NCBI GenBank assembly: GCA_973895155.1
Contig: OZ316892.1
Coordinates: 16,110,357 to 16,174,356, forward strand
Reading direction: 5' to 3'
From: Marsupella aquatica
Taxonomy: Eukaryota; Plantae; Marchantiophyta
DNA length: 64,000 nucleotides
Shown: one piece after another, positions 61,573 to 64,000 of the stretch
Layout of the letters: every line of letters begins with the position of its first letter
Numbering within the stretch: position 1 is the first letter of the stretch
Position numbers and translations under genes: made by a program
Notes under the pieces: generated by a model
Told to the model about the DNA's origin: nothing
Database searches by the model: none
Seen by the model: only the letters and a program-made list of their open reading frames with translations

Positions 61573-61678
61573 GATGGAAGAGAGTGATACAGAGATGTGT
61601 GAATATGAAAGGAAAGCTATGGAACGTCGAGCATACGTGAATGCCAAAGTCACAGATTTGGAAGCCCCCTTGAAAAAT
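61573..61678 (+). pseudogene. Possible start of the CACTA second gene, cut by the LTR
   Basis: MEESDTEMCEYERKAMERRAYVNAK resembles the EYER..R..I..N N-terminal motif; position just downstream of TnpD. Confidence 0.35.
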
Positions 61679-64000
61679 TGTGGAATGGCTCAGTGGAGGC
61701 TTGAGTAGGAAATGCGTCAGTTTTTTGCTTTCAAGGAGTAGTAATTACATAGTTTTAGTGATTAGCAAAGTTGTTAGGTTTAGGGTAACTTAATAACTAG
61801 GGAAGTAGAGTAGGGAAATAAATTGAGGGAGAGAACATGTTTCTCTAAGAAGTATCAAGAGTTGAGTAAGTTATTCGGTAACGGCGGAAAAAAATTATGG
61901 TAGTTGGCAAGTCAGGCCGAAGGCATGAACGATACTTTTGAGTGATAAGTTTTTCTAAGACTCACCCTAAGTGATACCATGGTTGTAACTAAGGAAATTA
62001 AAAAGTCCAAAATTTGAAAACTTTCAACTTTTAGTGGTAAACAGAGTCTAAATTGATCGGAAAGGACCATAAAAAGCAACTTGCAGTATGAAATCCGGAA
62101 ATATCCGGATAGCACCCTTTTCAGAACTCTTAAGTAACGGCACCGTTGAGCCATGCGAGAAGGCGTGGGAGAATGAATATTAAAACCATAAGTTTGACTT
62201 CCGACCGGAGATCGGAAGTAGGTGATCGAGTTCTTAAGACCACGCCAGACCGAGCATTCCTCACACCACCGAACTGCTGCAGAAATCTTTTGCGAGGAAT
62301 CACAGGAGAGAATAGAGCCGAACGAGGCTGCCAATTCGAGGCATTAGTCGTGAGGAACTGGTTACGGGGGAAGTGGGTGATCGTTCGATTGCGTGGGGAA
62401 GTGAAGATTTGATTTCAATTTTTGGATTTGATATTTCCGGAATTTTGTGAAAGGAGTTTAATTTGGATTCTTCCTCTCCATCTCCTAAATATGGTGAAGA
62501 GAAAGGACCCGGATTTTGCCCTGAACAAATCCGGAATCCGGACGCTACCGAAGCGGACGACCAAGGAGCGGACAGTGATTGTGAATGAAAAGCCACTGCG
62601 TCCGAAGATTTCCATGGATTTGGCACGGAAGGGCCGTTTACAGAAGTTTGTGAAAGGAGTTTAATTTGGATTTTGATTGGAACTACTCATATGGACTCTA
62701 GGTAGCATTGAACTCCTGCTGTTCCAATAGTCGAAATGGAATGTTTCCTTTCCATGAGTAATTATCTAAATTTGATTAAGAAGTTATCAATTTGACAATC
62801 TAGAAATCCTTGTGTGAGAAGATACCAATTCAGGCATTCTAGTACCGTCATCACTTGTTGACCAGAAAGTATTCTTGGTTTGATATCTAGATCTCCATAT
62901 AGATTTCTAGTTAATGTTTGATGTCTATTCTAATTCGACCATGTTATGAGCTCTTTGCCTTCTAAATCTTAAAAATCCAGAATCCTGTTGATTTATTGGG
63001 GATCGTCATTTTCCATCATCTCTTCTCATGAGTCAATTGATAAGACATTCTTACTAGTCCTTTTCCATGCCTTTCTTTAATTAGTAGTTTTTGTGCATTG
63101 ATTACTATCAATCCTCTGGAGAGAGAACTCCTTGGCGAGGTTATGCCGAATCAACATCTTAATTGTTCTTTTCAGTACCAATTTGCTTTTCATTAACTCT
63201 TACAGGGAACGAATTCAGGTCTTTAGAGGTTAAAGTGTTCTTTAACCATTTGACCACTCTACCACACCCTATAGGTGCTAGGTAGTCCCTAGACCACACA
63301 TAAAAGTCACAAAGTCAAGTGGGGTCTTAACCTAGGAGTTGTAAGTATTTTGGCAAAACTTAAAGTTACCAAATAGCGGGTCTCGGGAAAAATAGCTGAT
63401 GGGAAAAGGTAGGGATTCCAAGTTGCAAAGTAGGTTAAATATGGTCCACTCTATCCCTGGAAACTTGTGGAAGAACTTGGTTACCTTTGGTTACTTTTTG
63501 GGAGCATCTCAAAGTTGAGAAGAATTTTGGAAAACATAAGAATTAACCCTCTTTACCTAATTTTAGAAAATTGGTTATAGGGTTTTGTTTAGATCTTAGT
63601 AAACCAGTACATAGCCCTATGTCCAGAAAATCTATGGATCTACTCAAAAGTACTTTTGGCCTTATGGGTGATTTTTGGTGGTGGGTACAATATGGGTCAG
63701 GGAATTATATTTTTTCCAAAATAACAAAATCCGACAAAGTGTAAAAACGCATTGACGAGGCTACCACAAGGCAGGAATAAGTCAAGCACAAGGGCGGTTG
63801 GGAGATGGTTGAATAGACCAGGCAATCACAAGGTGAAGGAGCTTGAGTGGGAGTGGTAGTTAGTTGGACTTTTGTTGTAGTGTGACTTTGGTAGTTAGGA
63901 GGACTTTGGTGATTGGACCTTGGTCCTCTACCTTGGTCCTTGGTGGGCTACCTTGGTCCTTGGTCCTTGGTGGGCTACTTTGGTCTTTGGTCCTTGGTGG
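61679..64000. mobile_element. LTR-like repeat (third family), longer copy running off the window
   Basis: Homology to 59261 begins exactly at TGTGGAATGGCTCAG; carries 1302 bp absent from the first copy. Confidence 0.75.

Overview
Eukaryotic, transposon-saturated window with no intact cellular gene, RNA gene or CRISPR array. The element families suggest a seed-free land plant such as a liverwort or fern; this is inference only. Left to right: (1) a Ty1/Copia pol remnant, interrupted by (2) a two-ORF RTE-X-like LINE with open reading frames, a (CATTAC)n tail and 181-bp repeats upstream of ORF1; (3) CACTA/EnSpm termini and a decayed, spliced TnpA-like gene; (4) two decayed host-like genes on the + strand, a tandem-BRCT gene resembling the plant Pol lambda N-terminus and a TM/F-box gene, just upstream of the start of a CACTA TnpD; two short 5'-truncated LINEs lie here, one inside the BRCT gene and one just downstream of it; (5) a near-identical 22.36-kb head-to-tail duplication (12339-34700 / 34701-57068), each unit holding a full-length but decayed Athila-like Gypsy (1.95-kb LTRs, tRNA-Asp PBS) and a decayed L1 (16-bp TSD) inside the ~4.2-kb LTR of a second LTR element (tRNA-Arg PBS, gag remnant); (6) a coiled-coil ORF, two copies of a third LTR-like repeat and the C-terminal part of a CACTA TnpD. 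I cannot demonstrate a new biological system. The best leads are possible CACTA cargo (BRCT-BRCT plus F-box) and a conserved LINE 3' stem-loop that occurs with two different microsatellite tails. All alignments were done by eye and protein family calls come from remembered motifs, not database searches.
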